Of a DNA stretch of 64,000 nt, positions 48,186-58,414 are shown piece by piece. The notes beneath the pieces were generated by a model. That model ran no database searches, was not told the origin of the DNA, and saw only the letters and a program-made list of their open reading frames with translations. Source of the stretch: an uncultured Gemmatimonadales bacterium (GTDB lineage: Bacteria; Gemmatimonadota; Gemmatimonadetes; Gemmatimonadales; GWC2-71-9); assembly GCA_963842945.1 (NCBI GenBank), contig CAWJIM010000023.1:64001-128000 (forward strand). Direction: 5' to 3'. Positions within the stretch are counted from its first letter, which is position 1. Every line of letters begins with the position of its first letter. Both the position numbers and the translations under genes were made by a program.

Positions 48186-49714
48186 CTATGCCAGGGTGAT
48201 GGCGCGCTCGTCGAGGTACCGGCGCAACCGCTCCGGGCCGGGTTCGGAATCGGCCAGGGCGACGTAACCGTCGGGCCGGATCAGGTAGAGTGCTCCGCGC
48301 TGGAGTCCGGCTCGTCTCCATCGCCGGTATCCAGGGGAAGACGTGCAGCGGCAGCCCGAGAGCGGCACAGCCCTCGGCCAGTCCGACGCGAGCCTCGCCG
48401 TACAGGTGGGCCTGCCAGTCGATCGACGCCAGCGGCGCGAAGTTGTCCTCTCCCTCCCGGATCGGGACCCAGGGCAGGCGGTCGCCGCCCTGGATCGAGC
48501 CGGCCGAGCCGGCGCTCAATCCGCTTCCTCGGTAGTTCACCACGATCTGGGAAACGGTGCGGAACAGGAAACGCCGAAACTGAGGCAAGCGGGCCAGCAG
48601 AGGTACCAGCAAGGGAACCAGCCGGGTGCGCACGAAACGGGCGATGACACCCTGCCGGGTGACCATGGTGAATCCCTGGTCGGTCGTGGCCACGAGCCGC
48701 CGGGCAAAGCCGATCCGTTCCGGCTCGTAGCTGTCCAGCAGACTCGGCGCGGCGCTTCTCCTCGAGCACCGCCGCGAGCTTCCAGGCCAGGTTCACCGCG
48801 TCGCCGATCCCGGTGTTCATCCCCTGACCTCCGACGGGGCTGTGGATGTGGGCGGCGTCGCCCAGGAGAAAGACGCGTCCCTGACGGAAGCTGTCCGCCA
48901 CCCGGTGGTGCACTCGATAGGTCGAGAACCAGTGCACCTTGCCGATGGTGAGCCTCAGGTGCTCGATGGCCTTGCCGCGGACATCGTCGAAGCTCAGCTC
49001 GCCGGATCCGGCCTTTTCCTGCTCGCGCACCAGGCCGACCAGGCGAACCCGCCCCTGCTCCTTCATCGGGAACAGAAGCACGAAGTCGGCGTCCTCCAGA
49101 TCGACGTGCAGCTCCCGGTCGATCGCCGGACCAGCCGCATCCGCATCGGCCACGTAGAAGAGTCCGGAGTAGGTCCCTCCCGGAAAGCCGATGCCCAGCT
49201 GCTCTCGCACGGTGGATGAAGCGCCGTCGCATCCGGCCAGGTAGGCCACTCGGCCGTTCTCCTCGGCGCCATCGGGGCTGCGAACGGTGACGCTGACTCC
49301 GGCGGCATCCTGGCTCATTCGGATCAGCTCGGTCCGCCGCTCCACCGCTACGCCGAGCTTTTCCAGCTGCGCGATCAGGAGCCGCTCGTGGGCATCCTGC
49401 GGATATACCAGGGCGAAGGGGTACGGGCTCAGCCCCTCTCCGATCTGGCGCAACGGCAGGCGCGCCGCGCGGGCTCCCTGAACCCAGAAGTTGAGTCCCG
49501 CGATCTCGACCCCGCCGTCGATCACCAGATCGGCGAAGCCGAGCTGTCGGTAGAACTCCAGGGTGCGCACCTGAACCGCGAGAGCGCGGGAGGTCAGTCC
49601 CGGCCCGGTGCTTCGGTCGATGATGCGGACCCGAACGCCGAGGCGGGTCAACCAGAGCGCGAGCGCGAGTCCGGTCGGTCCGGCGCCGGCGATCAAGACA
49701 GGGGAGTCGTTCAT
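48186..49714 (-). CDS. FAD-dependent monooxygenase (PheA/TfdB-like), frameshifts near 48755 and 48318
   Basis: IAGAGPTGL, GCDGASSTVR, LGDAAHIHSPVGGQGMNTGIGDA, then GDRLPW and LIRPDGYV in shifted frames. Confidence 0.85.
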
Positions 49715-49767
49715 ATGATCTGATCCATGACTCGCCAAGATAGCTGCCTGGTGTGATCTTTCGAATC

Positions 49768-50426
49768 ATGGTCAAACGCCACCACGGCATCGTACGGGTC
49801 ACCCATTGGCTCACTGCGGTGCTGTTGCTCGGCATGATCGGGAGCGGGCTCCAGATCTACGGCGCCTACCGGCATTTCGGTCCGCGGGGCGACGTCTCTT
49901 CGCTGCCCAATCCGTGGGACGGGAAGAGCTTCCCCCAGTGGGCCCGGCTGGGTGGATGGCTGGCCGCGGGTCTCAACTGGCACTTCGCGCTCGCGTGGCC
50001 CTTCGTCATCACCGGCCTGGTCTATCTCGGCTTCCTGGCGTTCACCGGGGAATGGCGCTCGCTGCTGTTCCGCTTCCGCGACATCGGTCCCGCTGGCAGA
50101 TGCAGCGCTACTATCTGCGTCTTCGCCCGGAACATCCCGCGCAGGGCAAGCACAACGCGCTGCAGAAACTGGCCTACACGCTCATCGTGGTGACGGGCGC
50201 GCTGGCCACTGCCAGCGGGTTCGCCATCTACAAGCCGGTGCAGCTCTCCTGGCTCACCGCGCTCTTCGGCGGCTACGAGCTGGCCCGTTACTGGCACTTC
50301 CTCTTCGTCTGGGTCTTCGTCGCCTTCACTCTGGTGCACGTGCTACTGGTGCTGCTGGTGGACCCGGCATCGCTTCGCGCCATGATCACCGGATGGTACC
50401 GGGGAAGGTTTCCCAGCCATGACTGA
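49768..50426 (+). CDS. Cytochrome b/b6-type (Ni-hydrogenase cyt b-like) membrane protein, frameshift near 50093
   Basis: VRVTHW, SGLQIY, NWHFA, KHNALQKLAY, AIYKPVQ, ARYWHF, LVHV, AMITG. Confidence 0.83.
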
Positions 50427-51157
50427 GCCCACTCGCGGCTTGAGTCGACGCGATCTCTTGCAGGCTGGGAATCGTGGCCGGCCCGGTGGGTGCGTTGGCG
50501 GCGTGCGGCTGGGACGGTGGCTCCGCGTTGGCGCCGAAGCTTCGGCTGTTCAGCCGGGTCAACGACTGGGTGGGCGAGAAGATCTTCCTGGGGAGAAACC
50601 GACTGGCTCCGGAATACCCGCTGAGCGCCCGAACCGCGCCGCAGAACTTTCCGTCATACTCCATCACCTACAACGACACCGGAAAATTTCCCGGCGTGGC
50701 GCAGGAGACCTGGGCGCTCGAGGTTCGCGGTCTGGTGCGACAGCCGCTCCGGCTCACTCGCGAGATGCTCGAGGGGCTTCCGCGGATCACCTATACCGTG
50801 AAGCACCACTGCGTGGAGGGCTGGACCGCGATCGGGACCTGGACCGGCGTTCCGGTCTCTACCGTCGCGGCGCTGGTGCAGCCAACCCCTGAGGCCAGGT
50901 ATCTCCGCTTCGACAGCTTCGACCGGAATTACTACAACGGCTGGGACCTGGCGAGCGCGATGCATCCGCAGACGATTCTGGCGTACGCCTGGAACGACCG
51001 GCCGCTGATGATGAATCACGGCGCCCCGCTCCGGCTCTACTCCCCGATCAAGCTGGGCTACAAGCTCACCAAATATCTCACCGCGATGACCTTCACCCGC
51101 GAGCGGCCCGGCGGCTACTGGGAGGATCAGGGATATCCCTGGTTCGCGGGGGTGTAA
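50419..51157 (+). CDS. Sulfite-oxidase-family molybdopterin oxidoreductase (MsrP-like) with Tat signal, frameshift near 50461
   Basis: SRRDLL, HHCVEGWT, HPQTILAY, HGAPLRL, KLGYK, GGYWEDQGY. Confidence 0.85.
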
Positions 51158-51241
51158 GCGGGGCACTCGGCTCGCTCCGCTTGCCACATCCGCATCCTTC
51201 ACCGTGCGCTTGACACGCCTAGTACCGGGTCGCACCGTAGC

Positions 51242-52630
51242 TTGTTACCATGCCCGATTCCAACTCTCCATCGACTCCGCAAGCGAGTGGTGGAGGTCTC
51301 TGCTACCGGAGGACCACATGCATCACGCCTCAAGCAGAATCGACTGATTCCACGCACGCTGGTGTTCCCCCTCCTCAGCGCCGCGCTGATGACGACGGGC
51401 TGCACCAAAGGAGCCCGAGAGACAGCCTCGGTACGAGACACCACCGGCTCCGACTCCGAACGGGCGGCGCCGGAGGCTTCCTCCGATCGGGACGACGGGC
51501 CGGGCGAACGGAATTACAAGTCGGTCGCCCGGAAGGTGGTCACCCAGAGTGCCCGGGTGAAACCGGGGGACATCGTGCTCATCACCGGAAGCGACAAGGA
51601 TCTGCCGCTGCTGGAAGACATTTCCATCGAGGTGCGGAAACAGGGGGCGTCCCCGCTGATGACCGTCGGCAGCAGCCGGCTCGGCCGCAGGTCCTTTGAT
51701 GAGGTGCCGGCCGAGCTCGACACCCTCACCCCGAAGGCGATGCTCAAGCTGGCGAGCGCCATCGATGTCAGCATCGGCACCGAGTCGTTCGAACCGGCAG
51801 CGCTCAAGGGCGTTTCGCCGGAGCGGATCGCGGCCCGGGGAAAGGCCTTCACTCCGGTTACCGCGCTGTTGTTGAAACGCGGAGTGCGCCGGGTGTTCCT
51901 GGGCAACGGCCTCTACCCCAGCGAAGGCAACGCGGAGCAGTACGATGTCTCCCGCCGCGATCTGGCCGATGCGCTCTACGGCGGAGTGGACGTGGACTAC
52001 GCCGAGCTGCAGCGGACCGGTGAGCGGATGCGGCAAACGCTCGCGGCTGGAAAGGAACTGCGGATCACCGCGCCGAACGGGACCGACCTCCGGGTGCAGA
52101 TCGCGGGACGGCCAATCTTCGTGAGCGATGGGGTGATCTCGCCGGAGGATGAGCGCCGGGGTGGGGCGGCCACGTCGGTGTGGCTGCCGGCCGGTGAGGT
52201 GTACGTCATACCGGTCGCCGGCAGCGGCAATGGAGTACTGGTGGCCGATCGGGACTTCTATCAGGCCGAACCGATCGAGGGACTGCGGCTCGAGTTCAAG
52301 GGCGGAAAGATGACTTCGATGACCGCCAAGTCAGGGCTCGACCCACTCAAGAAACAGTACGACGCTTCGGGCACCGGCAAAGACATGCTGAGCGTGATCG
52401 ACATCGGCCTCAATCCCGGCCTGAAGCTGCCGGCGAACAAGCCGATTCATGCCTGGAGCCGGGCCGGCATGGTGACGGTGAGCGTGGGCGACAACACCTG
52501 GGCTGGCGGAAACAACAATGTCCCATTCGAGCTGGCGCCGTTTCTGACGAACGCCACGGTGACGCTCGACGGGAAGCCGCTGGTCCAGGACGGGAAGCTC
52601 CAGACTGGGGAGCGGGTGGCGGCGAGATAG
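51242..52630 (+). CDS. M29 aminopeptidase-fold lipoprotein, possibly non-catalytic; start uncertain
   Basis: VKPGDIVLI, LRITAPNGTDL, WLPAGEVY, IGLNP, TVTLDGKPLVQDGKL; LMTTGC lipobox. Confidence 0.72.
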   Translation: MLPCPIPTLHRLRKRVVEVSATGGPHASRLKQNRLIPRTLVFPLLSAALMTTGCTKGARETASVRDTTGSDSERAAPEASSDRDDGPGERNYKSVARKVVTQSARVKPGDIVLITGSDKDLPLLEDISIEVRKQGASPLMTVGSSRLGRRSFDEVPAELDTLTPKAMLKLASAIDVSIGTESFEPAALKGVSPERIAARGKAFTPVTALLLKRGVRRVFLGNGLYPSEGNAEQYDVSRRDLADALYGGVDVDYAELQRTGERMRQTLAAGKELRITAPNGTDLRVQIAGRPIFVSDGVISPEDERRGGAATSVWLPAGEVYVIPVAGSGNGVLVADRDFYQAEPIEGLRLEFKGGKMTSMTAKSGLDPLKKQYDASGTGKDMLSVIDIGLNPGLKLPANKPIHAWSRAGMVTVSVGDNTWAGGNNNVPFELAPFLTNATVTLDGKPLVQDGKLQTGERVAAR

Positions 52631-52645
52631 GCGGGGAGATCAACT

Positions 52646-54460
52646 TCACTTGGATGCGCGTTGATTCGACGTTACGGGCCCCGTCACCACGTGATCCTGG
52701 CTGTCTGAGCTGTCCTCAAACTGATCGTCACCGGAGTACACAGCATTGATGCTGTGGGTGTCCGCCACGGTCAGCGGGAAAGTGCAGGTTGCGACGCCAC
52801 CGCTATTCAGCGGGGCGTCGTCGCATCCACCCGTCTCCAAAAACGAGAACACCGCTACGGTCCCAGTCGGGACGCCTCCACCCTCGCCCGTTACCTTGAC
52901 CGTCACCGTAATGTCATCACCTGAGCTCGAGGGCTCAGGAGATATGCTGGTAATCGCCGTTGTGGAGTGCAGCATGAACACGGTGATCACCTCGGTGTCT
53001 CCCAGTATGACCCCGCCCGCCGTCGCGGTAATGGTCTTATTCCCGGCGACGGTGGAGCTGAAAGTGAAGACCGCCTTGCCCGCTTGATCGGTCGTGCCCG
53101 ATTCCGGGGTTATCGTGTTTCCCTGACCGCTGGATGCCAGAGTGACCGCTATCCCGGGCAGCAGCTCACCAGCGGGCCCTTTTACGGTCACCGTGATTGT
53201 GCTGCTCCCAGCTCCCGCTCCAATGCTCTTGGGATTGGCCAGCACGATGGAGCGCGATGCGCTGGGCTCGGGAGCGGGGCAGTCAATGACGAAGGCCGCC
53301 TCCACAGTCTGACCGCCGGCCACCGTCACGGTCTTCGTAGCCCCTCCGTTGACGGTGCAGTTGCTCGCGACGTCTGAGAGCACCACGCTGTGAGATCCGG
53401 GCAAGACATTGTTCACTGTCGCTTCACCACTGGCACCGATGGGCTGGGCGCCTCCTCCGTCAATGGTGAACCGGTAGCCGTTGGCGTCCGGATTGCTTCC
53501 GGTGGTGCTGGTCGTGACATGGATCGACCCGACGGTCGGAGGTATGGCCGTGCAGGTGATGGTGAACGCCACTGTCGCCGTTGCTCCCGCCACCACGGTC
53601 ACCGTCTGGGACGCATTGTCCGCGCTGCAATTGGAAGCGACGTTCGAGAGTACCACCGTGTGCGTACCTGCCGGTGTGTTCGGCAGCTCCACCTGGCCGT
53701 TCACGCCTATCGCCTGCGCTTGCTCCCCATCCACCGCGAACTCGTACCCATCCGCGTCCGGATCCGGTCCGGCGGTCGATGTGGTGACTCGAAGTGTGCC
53801 GGTTGAGGACGGAGTGGCGGTGCAGATCACGGTGAAGTTCACCTGACTGGCTGCGCCCGCTGAAACCGTAGCAGACGCAGAGCCGCCATCGGATGCCGTG
53901 CAGTTCGCGGCCAGTCCGCTGAGCGTTACCGTATGAGTGCCCGCGGCTACGCTGGGGAAGGTGGCCGATCCGGTGGCAGGGACCGGAATGGGAGTCGTTC
54001 CATCGAGTGTCGCCGTGTAGCCGTCGGGATCGGGATCGGGGCCGGTCGTATTGATAATTAGCTGAATGCTACCGCTGCCTGGTTGAGGCGGCGTGCAGGT
54101 GACAACGAAAGCAACCGACGCCGTGACACCGGACGAGATCAACACCAGCCGAGGATTGTCGCCCTGTACCTGGCAGTTGTCGGCCACCCCGGTGAGTCCG
54201 ACGGCGTGGTTACCGGTGGCCAGCCCTGGGACTGTAACCGGGCTGGTACCGTTCAGAGCACCGCTTTCCGCGCCATCCACCACCAGGGTGTAGCCATCGG
54301 GATCGACGGAAGGTCCCGGGGTCGAAACGGTCGCGGTGAGGCTGCCGCTACCGGGACCGGTGGTATCTTCACCACCGCCACTGCAGCCGCTGAGTGAGAA
54401 TGGGACGAGCACCGAAGCAATGAACAGCCGAGTGGCTGGGGCGGACCGAGGGAAAGGCAT
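52646..54460 (-). CDS. Surface lipoprotein with four DxDGY Ig-like repeats and two further Ig-like domains
   Basis: LSGC lipobox; four modules of about 90 aa; then invasin/Big_1-like and Big_3-like (AVYSGD) segments. Confidence 0.8.
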   Translation of the reverse strand: MPFPRSAPATRLFIASVLVPFSLSGCSGGGEDTTGPGSGSLTATVSTPGPSVDPDGYTLVVDGAESGALNGTSPVTVPGLATGNHAVGLTGVADNCQVQGDNPRLVLISSGVTASVAFVVTCTPPQPGSGSIQLIINTTGPDPDPDGYTATLDGTTPIPVPATGSATFPSVAAGTHTVTLSGLAANCTASDGGSASATVSAGAASQVNFTVICTATPSSTGTLRVTTSTAGPDPDADGYEFAVDGEQAQAIGVNGQVELPNTPAGTHTVVLSNVASNCSADNASQTVTVVAGATATVAFTITCTAIPPTVGSIHVTTSTTGSNPDANGYRFTIDGGGAQPIGASGEATVNNVLPGSHSVVLSDVASNCTVNGGATKTVTVAGGQTVEAAFVIDCPAPEPSASRSIVLANPKSIGAGAGSSTITVTVKGPAGELLPGIAVTLASSGQGNTITPESGTTDQAGKAVFTFSSTVAGNKTITATAGGVILGDTEVITVFMLHSTTAITSISPEPSSSGDDITVTVKVTGEGGGVPTGTVAVFSFLETGGCDDAPLNSGGVATCTFPLTVADTHSINAVYSGDDQFEDSSDSQDHVVTGPVTSNQRASK

Positions 54461-54624
54461 ATTGAATCCCTTGCGAGTGGGAGGCTGGTCCTTCCGCTGT
54501 TTGGGGGGTGGTAGGAAGGTACTTCGGAAATTACGTGGCGATAGGTAAAAGCAGGCCGGAGCCGTGTCGGATTTGCGACAGATTGGGCCAGGATTTGTCG
54601 CATTCGTGGTCGTCGCAGCCTACG

Positions 54625-55356
54625 TCATGGACTGCTGCATACCACCTCGAACGTCTCCAAAGCCGTCTCGCCCGGGACAACCCTGATCAACCGGGGGTTC
54701 TGAGCCTGAACGTGGCAGTTGGTCGCGACCAGGCTGAGACCGATCGTGTGGTTTCCGGGCGCAAGCGCGGAGAACGTGACCTGGTCGGTTCCACTCAGGG
54801 TGTCCCGTACCGCGCCGTCCAGGGAGAGGGTATAGCCATCGGGATCGAGCGGCGACCCCGATGTCGCGGTCGCAACGGTTAGGCTGCCGGTGCCTTCTGT
54901 CCCGGTGGTGGCGCTCCAGTTCCCGGTAAACGCGACGGTCTGCCCGTCGGTCAGCGTATGGCGGCCGGTGATGGTCTCCCCCGCAACCGCGCCGCTGAAG
55001 GTCCACCCGGCGGCGGGGTTTGGCCCCAGCCGGAAGGAGACCGCTCCCTCTTGAGTGACGGAGGCGGACTGAAGCGGGGCCTCGCCGATCGAGTTTACCT
55101 GCCCCTGCGCGGTGATGGTCATGGTCAGTGACCCGGAGAGGTTCCCGGTCTCGGTGGATGCCTGGCTTAGGATCAGGGTGCCGACGAAGGCCGCCTCGTC
55201 CGAGGTGAGTCCATCGAGCCCGCCCTGAAGGCTGTAGACCCCTGATATGTCGGGAAACGCATTCGGCCCGGTGTTGTCCTTCCCACCTCCACAACCGCTC
55301 AGCGAGACCGCGACGAGGCTCGAAGCGATGATGCAGTGATAAGCAGAGATGGGCAT
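54625..55356 (-). CDS. Lipoprotein with one DPDGY Ig-like module
   Basis: LSGC lipobox; C-terminal module similar to repeat 1 of the downstream gene. Confidence 0.75.
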   Translation of the reverse strand: MPISAYHCIIASSLVAVSLSGCGGGKDNTGPNAFPDISGVYSLQGGLDGLTSDEAAFVGTLILSQASTETGNLSGSLTMTITAQGQVNSIGEAPLQSASVTQEGAVSFRLGPNPAAGWTFSGAVAGETITGRHTLTDGQTVAFTGNWSATTGTEGTGSLTVATATSGSPLDPDGYTLSLDGAVRDTLSGTDQVTFSALAPGNHTIGLSLVATNCHVQAQNPRLIRVVPGETALETFEVVCSSP

Positions 55357-55582
55357 TTGATTGAAGGTATCCCGGAAACGGGGACGTGATAGGAAATCCG
55401 GTACGTGAGAATGACCACGCGCTTTCCGATTGAGACGAATTACGTGCGAGTGGCGACACCCAGGGGGTGCGCCTCGTAGTTACGGCGCTAGCGGCGAAGA
55501 CGCCTCCAGTCCAAGGAACTCCAGATGCCAGGCTGACGTTGAGCTGTTGTGGTGAGGTTTCCCTTCTCAACGAGCACATCAC

Positions 55583-56224
55583 ATGCGAGTGCTGTCGGTA
55601 AACGTGGGCTTGCCTCGTGAGGCCGAATGGCGGAACGAGCCGGTGACCACCGCCATCCACAAGGCGCCGGTGTCGGGACCAGTCCAGGTGCGGCGACTCA
55701 ACCTCGACGGCGACCGCCAAGCCGACCTCTCCGTCCATGGCGGTCCGGACAAGGCGGTGTATGTCTACCCCAGCGAGCACTATCCGTATTGGCGGGGCGA
55801 GCTGCCCGACGCGGACCTGCCGTGGGGCGCGTTCGGCGAGAATCTGACAGTCGAGGGGCTCAGCGAGAGCTGTCTCAGAGTCGGCGACGTGCTCCGGATC
55901 GGGACCGCCGAATTCATCGTGACACAGCCTCGGCTGCCCTGCTACAAGCTCAACGTGCGCTTCCAGCGGCCGGACATGGTCAAGCGGTTGCTCCGGAGCG
56001 GCCGGACCGGGTTCTACCTGGCCGTTATTAAGGAAGGGAAGCTCGCCGCCGGCGACGAGATCGAGCGGGTGCCCACCGATCGCTCCGCGGTCACCATACC
56101 GGAGGTCGTCACTCTGTACACTTCGAAGAATGGAGACGGCGCGCTGCTTCGGCGTGCCATTGCGACCCCTGCTCTGCCTGCTTCCTGGCGCGCTTACTTC
56201 CAGGAGCGAGCTGGTGACGCTTAG
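55583..56224 (+). CDS. MOSC-domain protein, YiiM-like
   Basis: GDRQADLSVHGGPDKAVY, FGENLT, TQPRLPCYKL, GRTGFY. Confidence 0.92.
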   Translation: MRVLSVNVGLPREAEWRNEPVTTAIHKAPVSGPVQVRRLNLDGDRQADLSVHGGPDKAVYVYPSEHYPYWRGELPDADLPWGAFGENLTVEGLSESCLRVGDVLRIGTAEFIVTQPRLPCYKLNVRFQRPDMVKRLLRSGRTGFYLAVIKEGKLAAGDEIERVPTDRSAVTIPEVVTLYTSKNGDGALLRRAIATPALPASWRAYFQERAGDA

Positions 56225-56247
56225 TTGCGAATTGAAACTAAATCCAA

Positions 56248-56988
56248 GTGACCCCGTACTTCCGGCACCTCCATCCCATGGTGGTACCCATGCCAGCAGC
56301 CAGCGACATCACCCGCACTGCCAGACGGGCCGGCCTGCTGTACCTCGTGATCTCGATCCTCGCGAGCATCAGTTACTTCTACCTCCGTCCCCACTTCGTT
56401 GTCCCGCGAGATCCTGCGAGCACGGCGCGAAACATCCTGGCGAACGAGCAACTCTACCGCGTTGGCATCCTCATCGATCTGCTTACCCAGGTCCTCTTCA
56501 TCTTCTTGGCACTCGAGCTGTACCGCCTCTTTCGGGAGGTGGACCGGAATCAGGCGCGGATCATGGTCGGTCTCGTTGGCGTCGGCACCGCAGTCCAGTT
56601 TGCCGGATTCGCGTTGAATGCTGCTCCCCTGATTTTTCTGGGCCAGGGCGACGCCCTTTCCGCCTTCACCCGGCCACAGCTAGAGGGGCTCGCCTATGCG
56701 TCTCTCAGCCTGGGCGAGAAACAGGGGGAACAGTTGACCTTGCTGTGGGGATTGTGGCTGTTCCCCTTTGCAGTGTTGACGATACGGTCGGGATTCCTGC
56801 CCAAATTCCTGGGCGTGCTGCTCATTCTCACCGGCGTGGCGTATGTCCTGACCTGCGTAGTCAGCCTCGTGTTTCCGGCTCAGGCCGAGCGAGTCGGCGG
56901 ATTCCTGCTCCCGTTCTACTTCGGCGAGCTCATCGTGGTCCTCTGGCTGGCGTTCGTCGGCGCCCGGCCTCGGGTAGCGGAGGCATGA
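56248..56988 (+). CDS. DUF4386-like membrane protein
   Basis: ARRAGLLYL, TARNILANEQLYR, WGLWLFP, RSGFLPKFLG, GEL..LWL; start may be 56278 or 56290. Confidence 0.75.
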   Translation: MTPYFRHLHPMVVPMPAASDITRTARRAGLLYLVISILASISYFYLRPHFVVPRDPASTARNILANEQLYRVGILIDLLTQVLFIFLALELYRLFREVDRNQARIMVGLVGVGTAVQFAGFALNAAPLIFLGQGDALSAFTRPQLEGLAYASLSLGEKQGEQLTLLWGLWLFPFAVLTIRSGFLPKFLGVLLILTGVAYVLTCVVSLVFPAQAERVGGFLLPFYFGELIVVLWLAFVGARPRVAEA

Positions 56989-57064
56989 GGCCAGCCGTTC
57001 AGGGTGACCGCTGGAAGGCCGATACTAGCAAGGTCCCTTCCCCACGGACCGCGAGCGAGCGCCC

Positions 57065-58414
57065 ATGTCGAAGCGAGGCATAACCGCAAAGCAGCGCGCC
57101 TGGCTGCTGGACGAGCTGAACGTCTGGCGGCGGGACGCCATCGTCTCCGAGGAGCAGTCCCGGCGGATCACCGACCTCTACGAAGGTGCAGGTGAGCTGG
57201 CCGAGCGGGGCCGGTCGCGCGCGGTGTTCACTCTCATGGCCGCGGCGGCGACGCTGGTGGGCCTGGCCGCCCTGCTTCTGATCGGCTACAACTGGGACCA
57301 GCTCGATCGCCTGACCAAGCTCGCCATGGTGCTCGGCACCATCGCCGTCACCCACGCCATCGGCTTCTCGCTGCGATACGGCCGGAACGCACGCGCCGGC
57401 TCGGAGGCGGTGTTCTTCCTCGGCTGCCTCTTCTACGGGGCAGGCATCTGGCTGGTCGCCCAGGTCTTTCATATCAACGCGCACTATCCCGACGGACTCT
57501 GGTGGTGGGCGGTAGGCGTCCTGCCGTTCGCATTGTGTCTGGAGACCCGGCTGCTGCACGCACTGGTGGTCGGCATCCTCGCGGTGTGGGTGGGCCAGGA
57601 GATCCTCAACTTCAGCTATCTGGGCGGCTGGTTCTTCGGCCGCTGGAACGCCATTCCCAACGCCGCGTACAGCCTGCCGCTCCTTGCCTTGCCGGGAATG
57701 GTGTGGGCGTATCGGAAGGATTCGGTGCGAACCCTGAGCATGTACGTCCCGCTGCTGGCCTGGTGGGTCGTGCTCCAGGCGATCGCCTGGAAGCTGGGAT
57801 CGAACCCGATCTACTTCGTGGGCGCGGTCGGCGCGCTGCTCCTGGTGATCGCCGAGTCGCATGCGGAGGGGAGCCGGTTCGCCGTTCCGTATAGGCATTA
57901 CGGCAGTCTGCTGGTGGGAGGAGCCCTGGTGCCGCTCAGCTTCTACGCCCTGGGCAAGCACATGGGCCAGGACTCGATGAAGGTGGCGATCCCGCCGGCT
58001 CTGCTCACCCTGGTCGCCCTGGCGATCGTGCTGCGGGGTGGGCGGAAGATCACCAATCGTCAGCTCGTGCCGGTGGGACTCGCGCTGCTGATGACGGTGC
58101 TTCCGGTGATCGCGGTCGGATTCAAGGGACCGGGCGGCGCAGGCACCGGCGCGCTCCTGGCCACGGTGCTGGTCAACGTCGCCATGGTGGCGGGCGCCTT
58201 CTGGCTGATGCAGATCGGGCTCCGGGAGGACCGGGGACGGCCCTTCGGCGCCGGCGTGCTCTACTTCCTGCTCTGGGCGGTGCTCCGGTACGTGGATCTG
58301 TTCGGCGGCGCCGGAGGCATGGTGGGCGCGGCCATGATGTTCTTCGGCTGCGGCGCGGTGCTGTTCGCCGTCGGCCGTTACTGGCAGGGACGGAAGGAGG
58401 TGCGGTATGCCTGA
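57065..58414 (+). CDS. DUF2157-family membrane protein
   Basis: W...AIVSEEQ...I...Y, LIGYNWDQL, GAGIWLVAQVFHI. Confidence 0.8.
   Translation: MSKRGITAKQRAWLLDELNVWRRDAIVSEEQSRRITDLYEGAGELAERGRSRAVFTLMAAAATLVGLAALLLIGYNWDQLDRLTKLAMVLGTIAVTHAIGFSLRYGRNARAGSEAVFFLGCLFYGAGIWLVAQVFHINAHYPDGLWWWAVGVLPFALCLETRLLHALVVGILAVWVGQEILNFSYLGGWFFGRWNAIPNAAYSLPLLALPGMVWAYRKDSVRTLSMYVPLLAWWVVLQAIAWKLGSNPIYFVGAVGALLLVIAESHAEGSRFAVPYRHYGSLLVGGALVPLSFYALGKHMGQDSMKVAIPPALLTLVALAIVLRGGRKITNRQLVPVGLALLMTVLPVIAVGFKGPGGAGTGALLATVLVNVAMVAGAFWLMQIGLREDRGRPFGAGVLYFLLWAVLRYVDLFGGAGGMVGAAMMFFGCGAVLFAVGRYWQGRKEVRYA

Noticed and set aside
51210..51243. Sigma70 promoter from TTGACA at 51210
   Set aside because: No acceptable -10 hexamer at 16-18 nt spacing; TAGCTT is 22 nt away.
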